From the IMG/VR virus record IMGVR_UViG_3300035670_000027: a DNA stretch of 64,000 nucleotides. One strand, given 5' to 3'. The notes beneath the pieces are model-generated. The model was not told the origin of the DNA and made no database searches. It saw nothing but the letters and a program-made list of their open reading frames with translations. Source of the stretch: a virus. The position numbers and the translations under genes were made by a program. Each line of letters opens with the position of its first letter. Position 1 is the stretch's first letter. Of this stretch, positions 45,978 through 54,359 are shown in pieces.

Positions 45978-46154
45978 TTACAATTTATCAGCAATCTCAA
46001 CTTCGAAACACAATCGATTCGAAATTGTTCTTGCCACTTGAATCCAAAACAAACTTCTTTCAGATTCTAATTTATCGAAAACAAACTTTACGATTTTGAC
46101 ATTATCAAAGTCGCACTCTTTTTGAATCAACTCAACAGTCTTATCAACTTTCAT
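45978..46154 (-). CDS. Small hypothetical protein
   Basis: GAGG SD, MKVDKTVELIQKECDF start. Confidence 0.5.
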   Translation of the reverse strand: MKVDKTVELIQKECDFDNVKIVKFVFDKLESERSLFWIQVARTISNRLCFEVEIADKL

Positions 46155-46175
46155 TTGTTTCCTCTCAAAATTAAG

Positions 46176-46250
46176 TGGTACACCGTAGGGGAATCGAACC
46201 CCTCTTACCGCCGTGAAAGGGCGGTGTCCTAACCGATAGACGAACGGTGC
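46176..46250 (-). tRNA. tRNA-Glu(UUC)
   Basis: Loop CTTTCAC. Confidence 0.93.
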
Positions 46251-46251
46251 A

Positions 46252-46327
46252 TGGCCTGCCCGGCAGGAATCGAACCTGCGACCCATTGCTTAGAAGGCAA
46301 TTGTTCTATCCTCTGAACTACGGGCAG
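46252..46327 (-). tRNA. tRNA-Arg(UCU)
   Basis: Loop TTCTAA, GCCA end. Confidence 0.92.
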
Positions 46328-46343
46328 AAAAGACTTTCCAGAT

Positions 46344-46355
46344 TGTTAAAGAGCG
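46344..46355 (-). promoter_or_regulatory. rrn-type boxA antitermination site
   Basis: CGCTCTTTAACA versus rrn consensus TGCTCTTTAACA; lies between the promoter and the first tRNA. Confidence 0.8.
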
Positions 46356-46376
46356 ATTTCTCAACCAACAAAAGAG

Positions 46377-46429
46377 AGTATACTCTACATCTCATCGGTT
46401 GTCAACACCTAGTGTTGTTTTCCTACGAC
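46377..46429 (-). promoter_or_regulatory. sigma70 promoter of the tRNA array
   Basis: TTGACA-17-TATACT plus a GTTG-N8-CGAC box variant. Confidence 0.8.
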
Positions 46430-46434
46430 ACACA

Positions 46435-46469
46435 AACAAAAACCCCCAACTTTTTTAGGGTTGGGGGTC
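46435..46469 (-). terminator. Intrinsic terminator (candidate attenuator)
   Basis: GACCCCCAAC-9nt-GTTGGGGGTT followed by TTTGTTT. Confidence 0.8.
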
Positions 46470-46495
46470 TTTGGTATTAGTGAGTACTTACTAAC

Positions 46496-46609
46496 TTATC
46501 CATTGACCCCCATTCGATCCTCATTGCATAGAATGGCAGGTGTGCGTGACCATGCAAATGGCATTGCACTCTTTCCTGTTCTATACTGGAGGTGGGTTAT
46601 GGATAACAT
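46496..46609 (-). CDS. Candidate attenuator leader peptide (37 aa, all 20 amino acids)
   Basis: AAGGAAG SD; MLSITHLQYRTGKSAMPFAWSRTPAILCNEDRMGVNG*; TGGGGGTC in the last codons is complementary to the terminator 5' arm. Confidence 0.7.
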   Translation of the reverse strand: MLSITHLQYRTGKSAMPFAWSRTPAILCNEDRMGVNG

Positions 46610-46663
46610 TGAAAATACTTCCTTTTGAAAAAATTTATTTATCATCTTCTATATATGCAAACT

Positions 46664-46870
46664 TCACTCTGAATTCTTCATTTTGATATAATTTTTGTTT
46701 AAAAATCCTAACAAAAATAGTGCCGCTAACCATTCAAAGAATCCAAATGCAATTGTAAGACCAAACAATGTATTAAGTGACCAGATAAAAATAAATGGTG
46801 CTACAAGAATTGCTATGATTGCTACGATTAAAAGGGTGATTAAAACACCGCCGCCTAAATTTTCTTTCAT
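46664..46870 (-). CDS. Small membrane protein
   Basis: P...IWSLNTLF, hydrophobic. Confidence 0.6.
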   Translation of the reverse strand: MKENLGGGVLITLLIVAIIAILVAPFIFIWSLNTLFGLTIAFGFFEWLAALFLLGFLNKNYIKMKNSE

Positions 46871-47052
46871 TTAAAAAACTCCTCATCATCGAAATTATCT
46901 TCGTCAAAGTCTTCCGGATTGAAATTCTTCAACTTCTGTTTTGCCTTTAGTCGATCTTTCTTATTCTCTTTGGGTTGCTTCTTAGGCTTGCCAACCTCTT
47001 CTTCTTCATAGAACTCACGAAAACTCTTGTACTTTTTATCCGTCTTAGACAT
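46867..47052 (-). CDS. Small charged hypothetical protein
   Basis: Operon-coupled ORF. Confidence 0.55.
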   Translation of the reverse strand: MSKTDKKYKSFREFYEEEEVGKPKKQPKENKKDRLKAKQKLKNFNPEDFDEDNFDDEEFFK

Positions 47053-47053
47053 G

Positions 47054-47500
47054 TTAGTTTACTCTTTCTCCTACAAACAGAGATGGAATTGCCTCCTCTA
47101 CAACTTTTCGTGTGATGCCTTTGTATTTTAGTTTCTTGTCCTTGATCATCAATACAAGTTTCGCTTCTTCTGGAGATACAGTTTCAAGCATTTGAATAAA
47201 CATCTGCTCTTTCTTTGCTCTAGTCAAATTGTTTGGTATGCTCTTTACGAAATACTTAAACTTCTTGATCTCTTTAGGTAGTCTATTATAGCCCCAATTT
47301 TCTGGCATGTCAAGTGGTTTGTATGGGGGATCGCCTGCTGGTAGATCAATCTCTACATCAACACGAAACACCAATTCAAACACATCCCGAAAGCCAGGAA
47401 CAACTTTTGTCAATTGACGAATTGCATCAACCTTTTTACTTGCCGGTAATTCCTCAATGTGCTTGAGTAGTTCCGGGAAAGTCATTTTGCTAACATCCAT
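47054..47500 (-). CDS. Conserved T4-like hypothetical protein (DUF6433-like)
   Basis: LP.G.PPY, E.MFIQMLE...PEEA.L....KDK.L.YKGIT. Confidence 0.65.
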   Translation of the reverse strand: MDVSKMTFPELLKHIEELPASKKVDAIRQLTKVVPGFRDVFELVFRVDVEIDLPAGDPPYKPLDMPENWGYNRLPKEIKKFKYFVKSIPNNLTRAKKEQMFIQMLETVSPEEAKLVLMIKDKKLKYKGITRKVVEEAIPSLFVGERVN

Positions 47501-47502
47501 GG

Positions 47503-48369
47503 TTAAAATTCCTGTATATGTTCCATCAATAGTTTCATACGATTCTTGATGAAATAGTTAAGTATCTTATCTTTGCCTTTCACTTCTCCAGGCACACGAT
47601 AAGCGTCTAAAATTCGACTGGAAAACTCTTCAGGTACTTTAGACAAGTCAATCAGACTTTCATTTCGCTTGTAGTTTTTCAGCATTGTTGCATCACAAAA
47701 TTCTTCAGGATTCTGTGTTACCCATATATTTAGTTTTTTCTCAATTACAGGCTTCTGGCGAGATTCGGCTACGAATGTATCATCGCTAGAAAGAATGTTA
47801 GGAATGCCATCACCTCGGTCGCCTTTGATGATATGCTCTCTCAGAAATCGTACAGGATTCGCTTCTTTGAGAAACTTCTTGGCAATCGGACTATACTGTT
47901 CAACATTGGCAAACTTCTGTAACTGCATGAAGTCTTTGTCACTTGAAAGAATCAGAATCTTTTCAGTAGATTCATTCTTCAACTCTACGCCATATTCGTG
48001 ACATAGTGTGCCAATTACATCATCGGCTTCAGTCTTGTCAATCTGAATCACTTTGTATGGAAAGTTTTCACGAATCTCATCACGGACTTTGTTCAGAGTT
48101 TCGAAAATCAAATTCCAATCGTATGGTGATTCTTCTCTAGTCTTCTTACGACTTGCTTTGTAGTATGGAAAGAGATCACGGCGCCAATACTTTTTGTCAT
48201 CGGCACAGATTACCATCTCACCATACTGGTCTTTGAACTTCACATTGTACATGCGAATGCTATTCAGCACCATGTGGCGAATCATGTTCTCATTGATGCC
48301 ATCTGCTTTCAAGCCAGGTTGCATCATGAGATTAGAAATCATCACTTGGTTCAGGTCAACTAAAATCAT
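47503..48369 (-). CDS. rnh: T4-type RNase H (5'-3' exonuclease)
   Basis: MILVDLNQ, YWRR..FPYYKA.R, EADD.IG, SSDKDF.QL, GD.GDGIPN. Confidence 0.92.
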   Translation of the reverse strand: MILVDLNQVMISNLMMQPGLKADGINENMIRHMVLNSIRMYNVKFKDQYGEMVICADDKKYWRRDLFPYYKASRKKTREESPYDWNLIFETLNKVRDEIRENFPYKVIQIDKTEADDVIGTLCHEYGVELKNESTEKILILSSDKDFMQLQKFANVEQYSPIAKKFLKEANPVRFLREHIIKGDRGDGIPNILSSDDTFVAESRQKPVIEKKLNIWVTQNPEEFCDATMLKNYKRNESLIDLSKVPEEFSSRILDAYRVPGEVKGKDKILNYFIKNRMKLLMEHIQEF

Positions 48370-48377
48370 TATTCTTC

Positions 48378-49478
48378 CTAATTTGTCACTCTAACAATAA
48401 TTGTATCAGAATTCATCCTACCTGTCAAGTTTGTTTCCTTGGTAGTCAAGTCTGGTAGAATCTTCTTAATCTGAACTTTGCCAGCACTCAGCACATTCGG
48501 CAAAACAATCTCAGGCTTTCTCAATCGTTTGCCAATGGATGTTTGCTCATTGAAATTCTGTAGTGTGCTACCTTTGACTGTAATGCCTTTTGCATTGTCG
48601 GCATTGTAGACACCAAGTAACTTCGTTTTGGTATTGTATGTCCACACTTGTAAAGCACCAACAATCTTTTCTGGTGCAATGCTGACAAGATTCAACTCAG
48701 GAAACTCTTTCATGTAATTCATCTTTGCGACAACAAGCACCGCTGGCTTTTCTTTCACTCTGCGCTTTTTGCGAGTAGGCTTGTTTGCAACTGCACCAGC
48801 ATTGGCGGCAACGACAATTGAATCAAGAAACTCTTTGAACTTACGCAACTCTACTTTTGAAAAGTTTGAGTAACCTTCTTTCAACTGAGGATCATCGGTG
48901 ACCATTACTTCTTCAATCTCTTTTGCTCTCTCAACAAACACATCGCAAATTCGATTCATGACAACTGAAGATAAACTACGAGATTTGAAATACGAACTCA
49001 TGTCGATGTTTTTCTTGCAACCAGACATAATGAAATCATCAATCATACCTTCAATCTCGCCTGCTTCTTCACTTGCTTTCTCACGAATGCGGTCTTGAAT
49101 GCTTACCTTTGGTGTAGTATCTTCTACAGGCAAAGGATCATTCTTCAGACTGTTGTTAGCCATAGTCAAAAGAGTGTCATAGAACTCTTTGAATCTTTCG
49201 ATTGTTTTTTGTGAGGGTTTGAAGCCGAGAGTAAACATTCGTGCAAGCCATCCAAACTGTACAATGTACTTTGAATCTGGCAATGAACGAAATGCCGCAA
49301 TGACTTCTTTGGATTTGTTTGTTGCTTTGAGATAGTCGAGTACAAATTCTTTTGCGTCTTTCTTGTCGCAAGAGTAATTGTAAAAATTGAAAGCGCCCAT
49401 AATCTCGCTTTGCTCATTGTACTCTTCTTTGTTGATCCAATTTGGTTCAGTACCTAAATCAGATTTGATCTTTCTCAT
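48378..49478 (-). CDS. Conserved T4-like hypothetical protein
   Basis: FNFYNY, QL.EGYS, VWTYNTK..L..Y, VKG.TL, K.LRKP, GR.N. Confidence 0.7.
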   Translation of the reverse strand: MRKIKSDLGTEPNWINKEEYNEQSEIMGAFNFYNYSCDKKDAKEFVLDYLKATNKSKEVIAAFRSLPDSKYIVQFGWLARMFTLGFKPSQKTIERFKEFYDTLLTMANNSLKNDPLPVEDTTPKVSIQDRIREKASEEAGEIEGMIDDFIMSGCKKNIDMSSYFKSRSLSSVVMNRICDVFVERAKEIEEVMVTDDPQLKEGYSNFSKVELRKFKEFLDSIVVAANAGAVANKPTRKKRRVKEKPAVLVVAKMNYMKEFPELNLVSIAPEKIVGALQVWTYNTKTKLLGVYNADNAKGITVKGSTLQNFNEQTSIGKRLRKPEIVLPNVLSAGKVQIKKILPDLTTKETNLTGRMNSDTIIVRVTN

Positions 49479-49538
49479 AATATAAATGTTCTCCAGTGGT
49501 TAGTTTCAATGTTCCATTCTGTAACAACTAAACTGTTT

Positions 49539-49862
49539 CTAGCGTGAATCTGTAGGAGTATTCGATTTGTTCTTAAAAAAGAAATCAAGGAACTTCTTAA
49601 TTTCGTCAGGTCGGAGGGCGGCTGAGTTATCACTATTCTCACTTGTGTAGATGTGGTCATATAATTCTTTTATTCCACCTATGTATTTTGTACCGAAAAA
49701 TATTTGAGGAACTGTTGTTGCGCCAGGCACAAGTCTTTGCAATTGATTGAGAGTGTAATCTCTTCCATAAATATAGAATCTGTAATTTGCTCTGGTTGCA
49801 TGAAGTAGTAATTCGGCTTTTTCACACGCTATGCTATTTTTTGCGCCGTAGATAAAATACAT
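49539..49862 (-). CDS. Glutaredoxin-like protein
   Basis: TVPQIF...YIGG; active site SIAC instead of CxxC. Confidence 0.65.
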   Translation of the reverse strand: MYFIYGAKNSIACEKAELLLHATRANYRFYIYGRDYTLNQLQRLVPGATTVPQIFFGTKYIGGIKELYDHIYTSENSDNSAALRPDEIKKFLDFFFKNKSNTPTDSR

Positions 49863-50470
49863 TATTCTAGTCTTGTTGTCACTCGCAACCTCACATGTGT
49901 TCCTGGATGATAACCCATTGTGATTGTTTTTGTTTCTCCACGATCAACATAAGTTACATTGTATCCAATTGTCACAAGTCTTTCATAAGGCACACTTTTT
50001 GCTTGACAGTTTTGTTGTTGTCTGTATCCTACAAATTGTGTAGTGTATCCGTGCGTAACTGTTCTTGGTGCAGAATCAATTGCATGACCAATTGCGCCAC
50101 CAACAATTGCACCGCCTATTTGTGCGGTACCTTTTGTAAGTGCAACGCCAGCGATTGTTCCAAGAATCAAACCTGCGTGACTGTTATTCTGAACTTGTGA
50201 AGTAACAGGAACATGTTGATATACGGGAACACTAATTGGAGAACAGACATATTCGGTCTGACTAAAAGATTCAGCATGTTGAATGGGATCAACTCGCACC
50301 ACAGGTATCATACGAATACCATCTTGTGGTACAACTGGCGCAACTGTAACTGGTGCCGTGATTGGTGCATGAGGGATCGGATCAACTTGAACCTCTTGCG
50401 TATAACGAACTCCAGCCTGAGCGGCGCCAGTAATAAATGCCATGGCAACTGCTAATGCTTTGAGTTTCAT
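49862..50470 (-). CDS. Glycine-zipper 2TM envelope protein (YcfJ-like)
   Basis: Signal peptide, G.I.G..AG...GGA.VGGA.G zipper, GY.VTY. Confidence 0.65.
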   Translation of the reverse strand: MKLKALAVAMAFITGAAQAGVRYTQEVQVDPIPHAPITAPVTVAPVVPQDGIRMIPVVRVDPIQHAESFSQTEYVCSPISVPVYQHVPVTSQVQNNSHAGLILGTIAGVALTKGTAQIGGAIVGGAIGHAIDSAPRTVTHGYTTQFVGYRQQQNCQAKSVPYERLVTIGYNVTYVDRGETKTITMGYHPGTHVRLRVTTRLE

Positions 50471-50495
50471 TTGACTGCTCCTTTCATTTGTATAT

Positions 50496-50551
50496 ATCAT
50501 ATCTCAATTTTTGGTGCATGTCAAGTGTGATGTAAGTGAGTACTTACTTAG
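50496..50551 (-). promoter_or_regulatory. sigma70 promoter with operator-like palindrome
   Basis: TTGACA-17-TATGAT; TAAGTGAGTACTTACTTA upstream. Confidence 0.65.
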
Positions 50552-50834
50552 CCCTTGTAGTCTTTCTTGCGGCAGTCTTTGCTTTAACTGCGGCTTTCTT
50601 TACGGCAGTCTTTGCCTTTGTTGCCACAACTTTAGCATCGGCAGAATCAACTTTGCCATCTTTGTTTACATCGGCAGTTTGTTTTACGCCTTCAACGGCA
50701 TTCTTTACTGCCGCTTTTGCATCTTCAGCATTGACTTCACCATCAGAATTGATATCAAGGCTCTTTGATGAACGATTAAAATAAATGAGTGCGGCAACAA
50801 CTACAACGATTGCAATAATAAGTAATGTTTCCAT
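50544..50834 (-). CDS. Small membrane protein with two EF-hand-like motifs and basic tail
   Basis: TM, DINSDGEVNAED, DVNKDGKVDSAD, K/A-rich C-terminus. Confidence 0.7.
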   Translation of the reverse strand: METLLIIAIVVVVAALIYFNRSSKSLDINSDGEVNAEDAKAAVKNAVEGVKQTADVNKDGKVDSADAKVVATKAKTAVKKAAVKAKTAARKTTRAK

Positions 50835-50866
50835 GAAAATCTCCTAGTTTAAAGGGTTAGTAAGAG

Positions 50867-50874
50867 TATTTATA
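50867..50874 (-). promoter_or_regulatory. T4-type late promoter
   Basis: TATAAATA 33 nt upstream of 50834. Confidence 0.7.
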
Positions 50875-50875
50875 A

Positions 50876-51640
50876 TTAGTCCCAGAGGTTGCGAAAATAT
50901 TTGCCGAACAAGCGGAGACCGTTATTGACACGATCCCACTCTTTTTGTAGACCATCGTAGTCACACTTGTATGTGTGATTCGGTCCTTCTTTCATTGTGT
51001 ACAATGTAGGTTTGCCATTCTCATCCCACTCACATGGTTCAGAGTAATGATCCATTTCACCGCTACGATATTTGTCTTCCCATGCATCGTCAACCAAGTG
51101 TTCGAATGCAAAGATCATTTCATCAAGTACCCAAGTCCAACGGTCATGAATGTCATAACCTTTTTTATTCCAACCATGAAGATCGCTCTCATGGTAGAAG
51201 TCAAAACATTTTTGATCATCCCAATCTTCGGTTTCGGTTGTTCGCATTTCTTCTGGCACATCTTCTAAATCAACCATAGCCGAGCCGTGCTTTGTTGCTT
51301 TCAATTGTTTCAGCATTGGCAGAATGATAGGTGCCAATGTGCTATCCATTGACCAAGTGTCATAGCGATCAATCTTGATATACTGTCTACGCACTTTAAA
51401 CTTATCTACCCAAAGCAGAAACTTGTAGAGTAATGTCTTATGCTCTTCTTTGCGATTGAATGGATCGGTTTTTTCTCCATCCCAAGAACCATTTGCAAGC
51501 CAATGCCCAAAGTTATGAACCCACTCTGGTTCACGCTCAAATCCAAATTCGTCTTTTTCTTTTTTCGCCCAAAAGCAAAGCAACTCGGCTAACTGATATG
51601 GACCGAACCAGTTTTTATATGGACCAATGTAGACTTTCAT
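50876..51640 (-). CDS. Conserved phage hypothetical protein
   Basis: DTWSMD.TLA.IILP.L, W..VLDEMI.AF, GL.LFGKYF..LWD. Confidence 0.75.
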   Translation of the reverse strand: MKVYIGPYKNWFGPYQLAELLCFWAKKEKDEFGFEREPEWVHNFGHWLANGSWDGEKTDPFNRKEEHKTLLYKFLLWVDKFKVRRQYIKIDRYDTWSMDSTLAPIILPMLKQLKATKHGSAMVDLEDVPEEMRTTETEDWDDQKCFDFYHESDLHGWNKKGYDIHDRWTWVLDEMIFAFEHLVDDAWEDKYRSGEMDHYSEPCEWDENGKPTLYTMKEGPNHTYKCDYDGLQKEWDRVNNGLRLFGKYFRNLWD

Positions 51641-51763
51641 TTTGTTTCAACTTTCATTTGACCAAGTAACTCTCTCGCTCTATCACGAACTTCTGCCGTG
51701 ACTGCGTACCCATACATCTCAGGATTCAATAAGTCTTTAAGAAAGCGATATATCGCTTCGTTA

Positions 51764-52036
51764 TCAAGCAACACTTGGTGGTGGGTCGAATTCATCATCA
51801 TTTTCCTTCTGATCTACAAGTCTTAGATTTAAGAATGAATTTGTTTTTGAAAATTCATTCGGTAATGCTTGTGCTATCATCTCAAAATGATAGTTTCCAG
51901 GATAATGTCTAAGAATGCTTCTCGCTCTATCACGAACTGCCTTAGGCACTTTTGGTGTTGCTTGAGGGTTGCACAATTCCATGAGAAATTGATAACCACA
52001 TCTCATGGCACGATATCTTTCATCAGGTAGCGTCAT
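51764..52036 (-). CDS. Hypothetical protein (MTLPDERYRA...)
   Basis: TPKVP..VR..AR..LRHYP. Confidence 0.65.
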   Translation of the reverse strand: MTLPDERYRAMRCGYQFLMELCNPQATPKVPKAVRDRARSILRHYPGNYHFEMIAQALPNEFSKTNSFLNLRLVDQKENDDEFDPPPSVA

Positions 52037-52481
52037 CTTCTTTCCACTCCGTAACAAATACTTCTATTTTCTTTTCATCAGTCCAACCTTTGCAATAGTC
52101 ATTGTCTTCATCGCAAAGTTTAAGAACTTCATCATAAGTAAGCACACGATGGCTTGTAATCGTTTCACCGAGATGCTTTTGCGAAAACTCGCTTGCTTCT
52201 TCCATCGTGACTGTATCTAATGCCCACAATGCTTTGTCATTGCCATAGTCATCAATACCTGTAGGCACTTCAACAACATATCGCTCACGGAACATGCTAA
52301 CAGTTTCAACAAGTACAAACTGAGTATCAACCTTCTTCATTTCAAAACTCCCATCACCACGATCAATCCATCGAATGCGATCACCTTCTTTCCATCCTGT
52401 TTCTTCAATAAGATCAGGAGGAAATTGAATCATTGCATCACCATTCTCATCTTCTTGCACATCAATTGTCCATCGTTTCAT
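52023..52481 (-). CDS. AbrB/MazE-like N-terminal domain protein
   Basis: IQFP.DL....GWKEGD.I.W. Confidence 0.55.
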   Translation of the reverse strand: MKRWTIDVQEDENGDAMIQFPPDLIEETGWKEGDRIRWIDRGDGSFEMKKVDTQFVLVETVSMFRERYVVEVPTGIDDYGNDKALWALDTVTMEEASEFSQKHLGETITSHRVLTYDEVLKLCDEDNDYCKGWTDEKKIEVFVTEWKEDDAT

Positions 52482-52765
52482 AATATCATCCTTATCAAGC
52501 CTACACTATCAATAGTAACAAGTAGTAAATAGTTAGCGAGCATACCGAAACTCCTACGAGTCCAAGAAGCCCAGGCATACATGCCGCAACCAAGGATCCA
52601 AATAGGATAAAGAATAATAAGAGGTGGGGTTGGAACAGTAAGAGCCATGGTAATACTACAACCAATACTAATAGCCCAAGCGAGTACCTCAACAACAAAT
52701 CTAAACTTGTTAGACTGCCAATCATCTTTTATCCATTCGAATGTGTTAGTAAAAATTTCATGCAT
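52478..52765 (-). CDS. Membrane protein
   Basis: Three TM segments; start near MHEIF. Confidence 0.6.
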   Translation of the reverse strand: MHEIFTNTFEWIKDDWQSNKFRFVVEVLAWAISIGCSITMALTVPTPPLIILYPIWILGCGMYAWASWTRRSFGMLANYLLLVTIDSVGLIRMIL

Positions 52766-52797
52766 ATATGGTAGTGTATCACACCACCCTCCTTTTG

Positions 52798-53673
52798 TCA
52801 ATCCAAATGCAACAACTGTGGCATGTCTTTTAGGTAGGCAATTCTCATAGAATTCCAGCACTCAAACAACTCTCTTGATTTGTGCTGATGTACCAATGTC
52901 TTCATGGTATTCAATGAACTGAGAATGTTTACCATGTTCTCTTGCAACTCATTGTACACTTTATAATTGTATGGCTTTGAAAGCACCTTCAAGTCTTGAC
53001 GATGCTGAAGATAGGTAGAGAACATTCTTTCAGCAATGAATGGGAACATGTTCAACGATGCATCTCTACTGTAGTTTGCGCTACCATAATAAATCTCTGC
53101 AAGATCATCTGGCAGATTTTCAAGTCGCTTCTTAATCATATCAAGAAAGTCGAGATAGTCTTTCCAGAATGCGTTTGTTGCAATGAAGTAACTGCAATAG
53201 CAAGTATCAAGATTGGTCATCATTGCATTGGTTAGATTTGGATCATAGCCAGCGGCACCAAGTGCATGTCTTGCAACTTTAGTAATGCCCTTGTGAAACA
53301 ACTCACCTTGATCCCATACATTGTATGTCAATGCGTTTACGATTCTTGCATGATTGAAGATATACACATCATGCCCAGGATTCTGTTCAATCGTATCAAA
53401 AATTTCTTGTGCAGAGTAACGCAACTTGCCACCCCATCGTGGACCAAATGCACCCCACAAGTCTAAGTCTTTTGTGTGTCCCTCATCAAACAATCGATGA
53501 AAGTTATGATACTCACGCAACTCAGGTTGTTCATTCTTTGTATTGTCAAATGGTGTAAGCAATGGATCAACATTGCCCAACTGTCGCTCTTCAAAACAAA
53601 TCTCAAATAGTTTTACATTCATTTTATTTCCTTCTGCGTATTCGCCAGCAGTAGTAAATTTCAAATCATTCAT
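52798..53673 (-). CDS. Hypothetical protein (possible glycosyltransferase)
   Basis: PFDN..N..PELREY, W.QGE..H.G, YF.A...FW..Y, F..ER. Confidence 0.55.
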   Translation of the reverse strand: MNDLKFTTAGEYAEGNKMNVKLFEICFEERQLGNVDPLLTPFDNTKNEQPELREYHNFHRLFDEGHTKDLDLWGAFGPRWGGKLRYSAQEIFDTIEQNPGHDVYIFNHARIVNALTYNVWDQGELFHKGITKVARHALGAAGYDPNLTNAMMTNLDTCYCSYFIATNAFWKDYLDFLDMIKKRLENLPDDLAEIYYGSANYSRDASLNMFPFIAERMFSTYLQHRQDLKVLSKPYNYKVYNELQENMVNILSSLNTMKTLVHQHKSRELFECWNSMRIAYLKDMPQLLHLD

Positions 53674-54359
53674 TCTTCAACTCCATATCCATTTGGTGCG
53701 ATGTTACCACTCACACCCACTTTATCAACATTGACAACTTTACTTCTATCTAAATAATGAAAGAGAAGATGTTCGATATCAACATAGCCACCTTGCTCTA
53801 GTCTTGCAATCATGTGTTCGTACATTTTCTTGTAAACTTCACCAACATGATTATGCTGACTGATATCAAAACTCCATAGTCTACTCATGTACTGCAACTC
53901 AAGCCCACCAGTAATGTGTGGAGGAAACTGACTTGTATATGGTCCACGAATTACAATCGGACCATTGTGCCTATTGATATCAAAATTTTCATTGAGTGTA
54001 TAACGACCACTCATCTTGAAAATTCTAGAGTATTCTGAAAAGTCTGGACCATTCAATACATCCATAAACATATAGATTTCAATCAGATTCTTTACAATGT
54101 CATGATTGTTTGACTGTTGAATTTCTTTTACTCTAGGATGATCACCATAGTACATGAATTCATAAACATACTTACTGAGTTTTTCTTTTTGACCATCGTT
54201 GATTGGTTTGAGTCCACCGTCAATCAAAATGATATCTGCATTGTGGCATTTATCTTTGATTGACTTGCATGATTCATATGTCTGAAGAAATCTTTCTCTT
54301 GGCGTATAAATGCCATGTCTGGCATTGATTGCCGAAGACACTAAAAATAAATTTTTCAT
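53670..54359 (-). CDS. Hypothetical protein (possible glycosyltransferase)
   Basis: ER..QT, IFKMSGRY, DIEH. Confidence 0.55.
   Translation of the reverse strand: MKNLFLVSSAINARHGIYTPRERFLQTYESCKSIKDKCHNADIILIDGGLKPINDGQKEKLSKYVYEFMYYGDHPRVKEIQQSNNHDIVKNLIEIYMFMDVLNGPDFSEYSRIFKMSGRYTLNENFDINRHNGPIVIRGPYTSQFPPHITGGLELQYMSRLWSFDISQHNHVGEVYKKMYEHMIARLEQGGYVDIEHLLFHYLDRSKVVNVDKVGVSGNIAPNGYGVEE

Noticed and set aside
41200-46327. Suppressor tRNA or stop-codon recoding
   Set aside because: No CUA, UUA or UCA anticodons. The TAG, TAA and TGA anticodons are ordinary Leu/Ser. Core genes are intact in the standard code.
41545-46480. ORF-track entries overlapping the tRNA array (e.g. 41545..41763, 41606..41842, 44870..45208, 45425..45703)
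   Set aside because: They are translations of tRNA/ncRNA sequence, with no SD and no coherent protein features.
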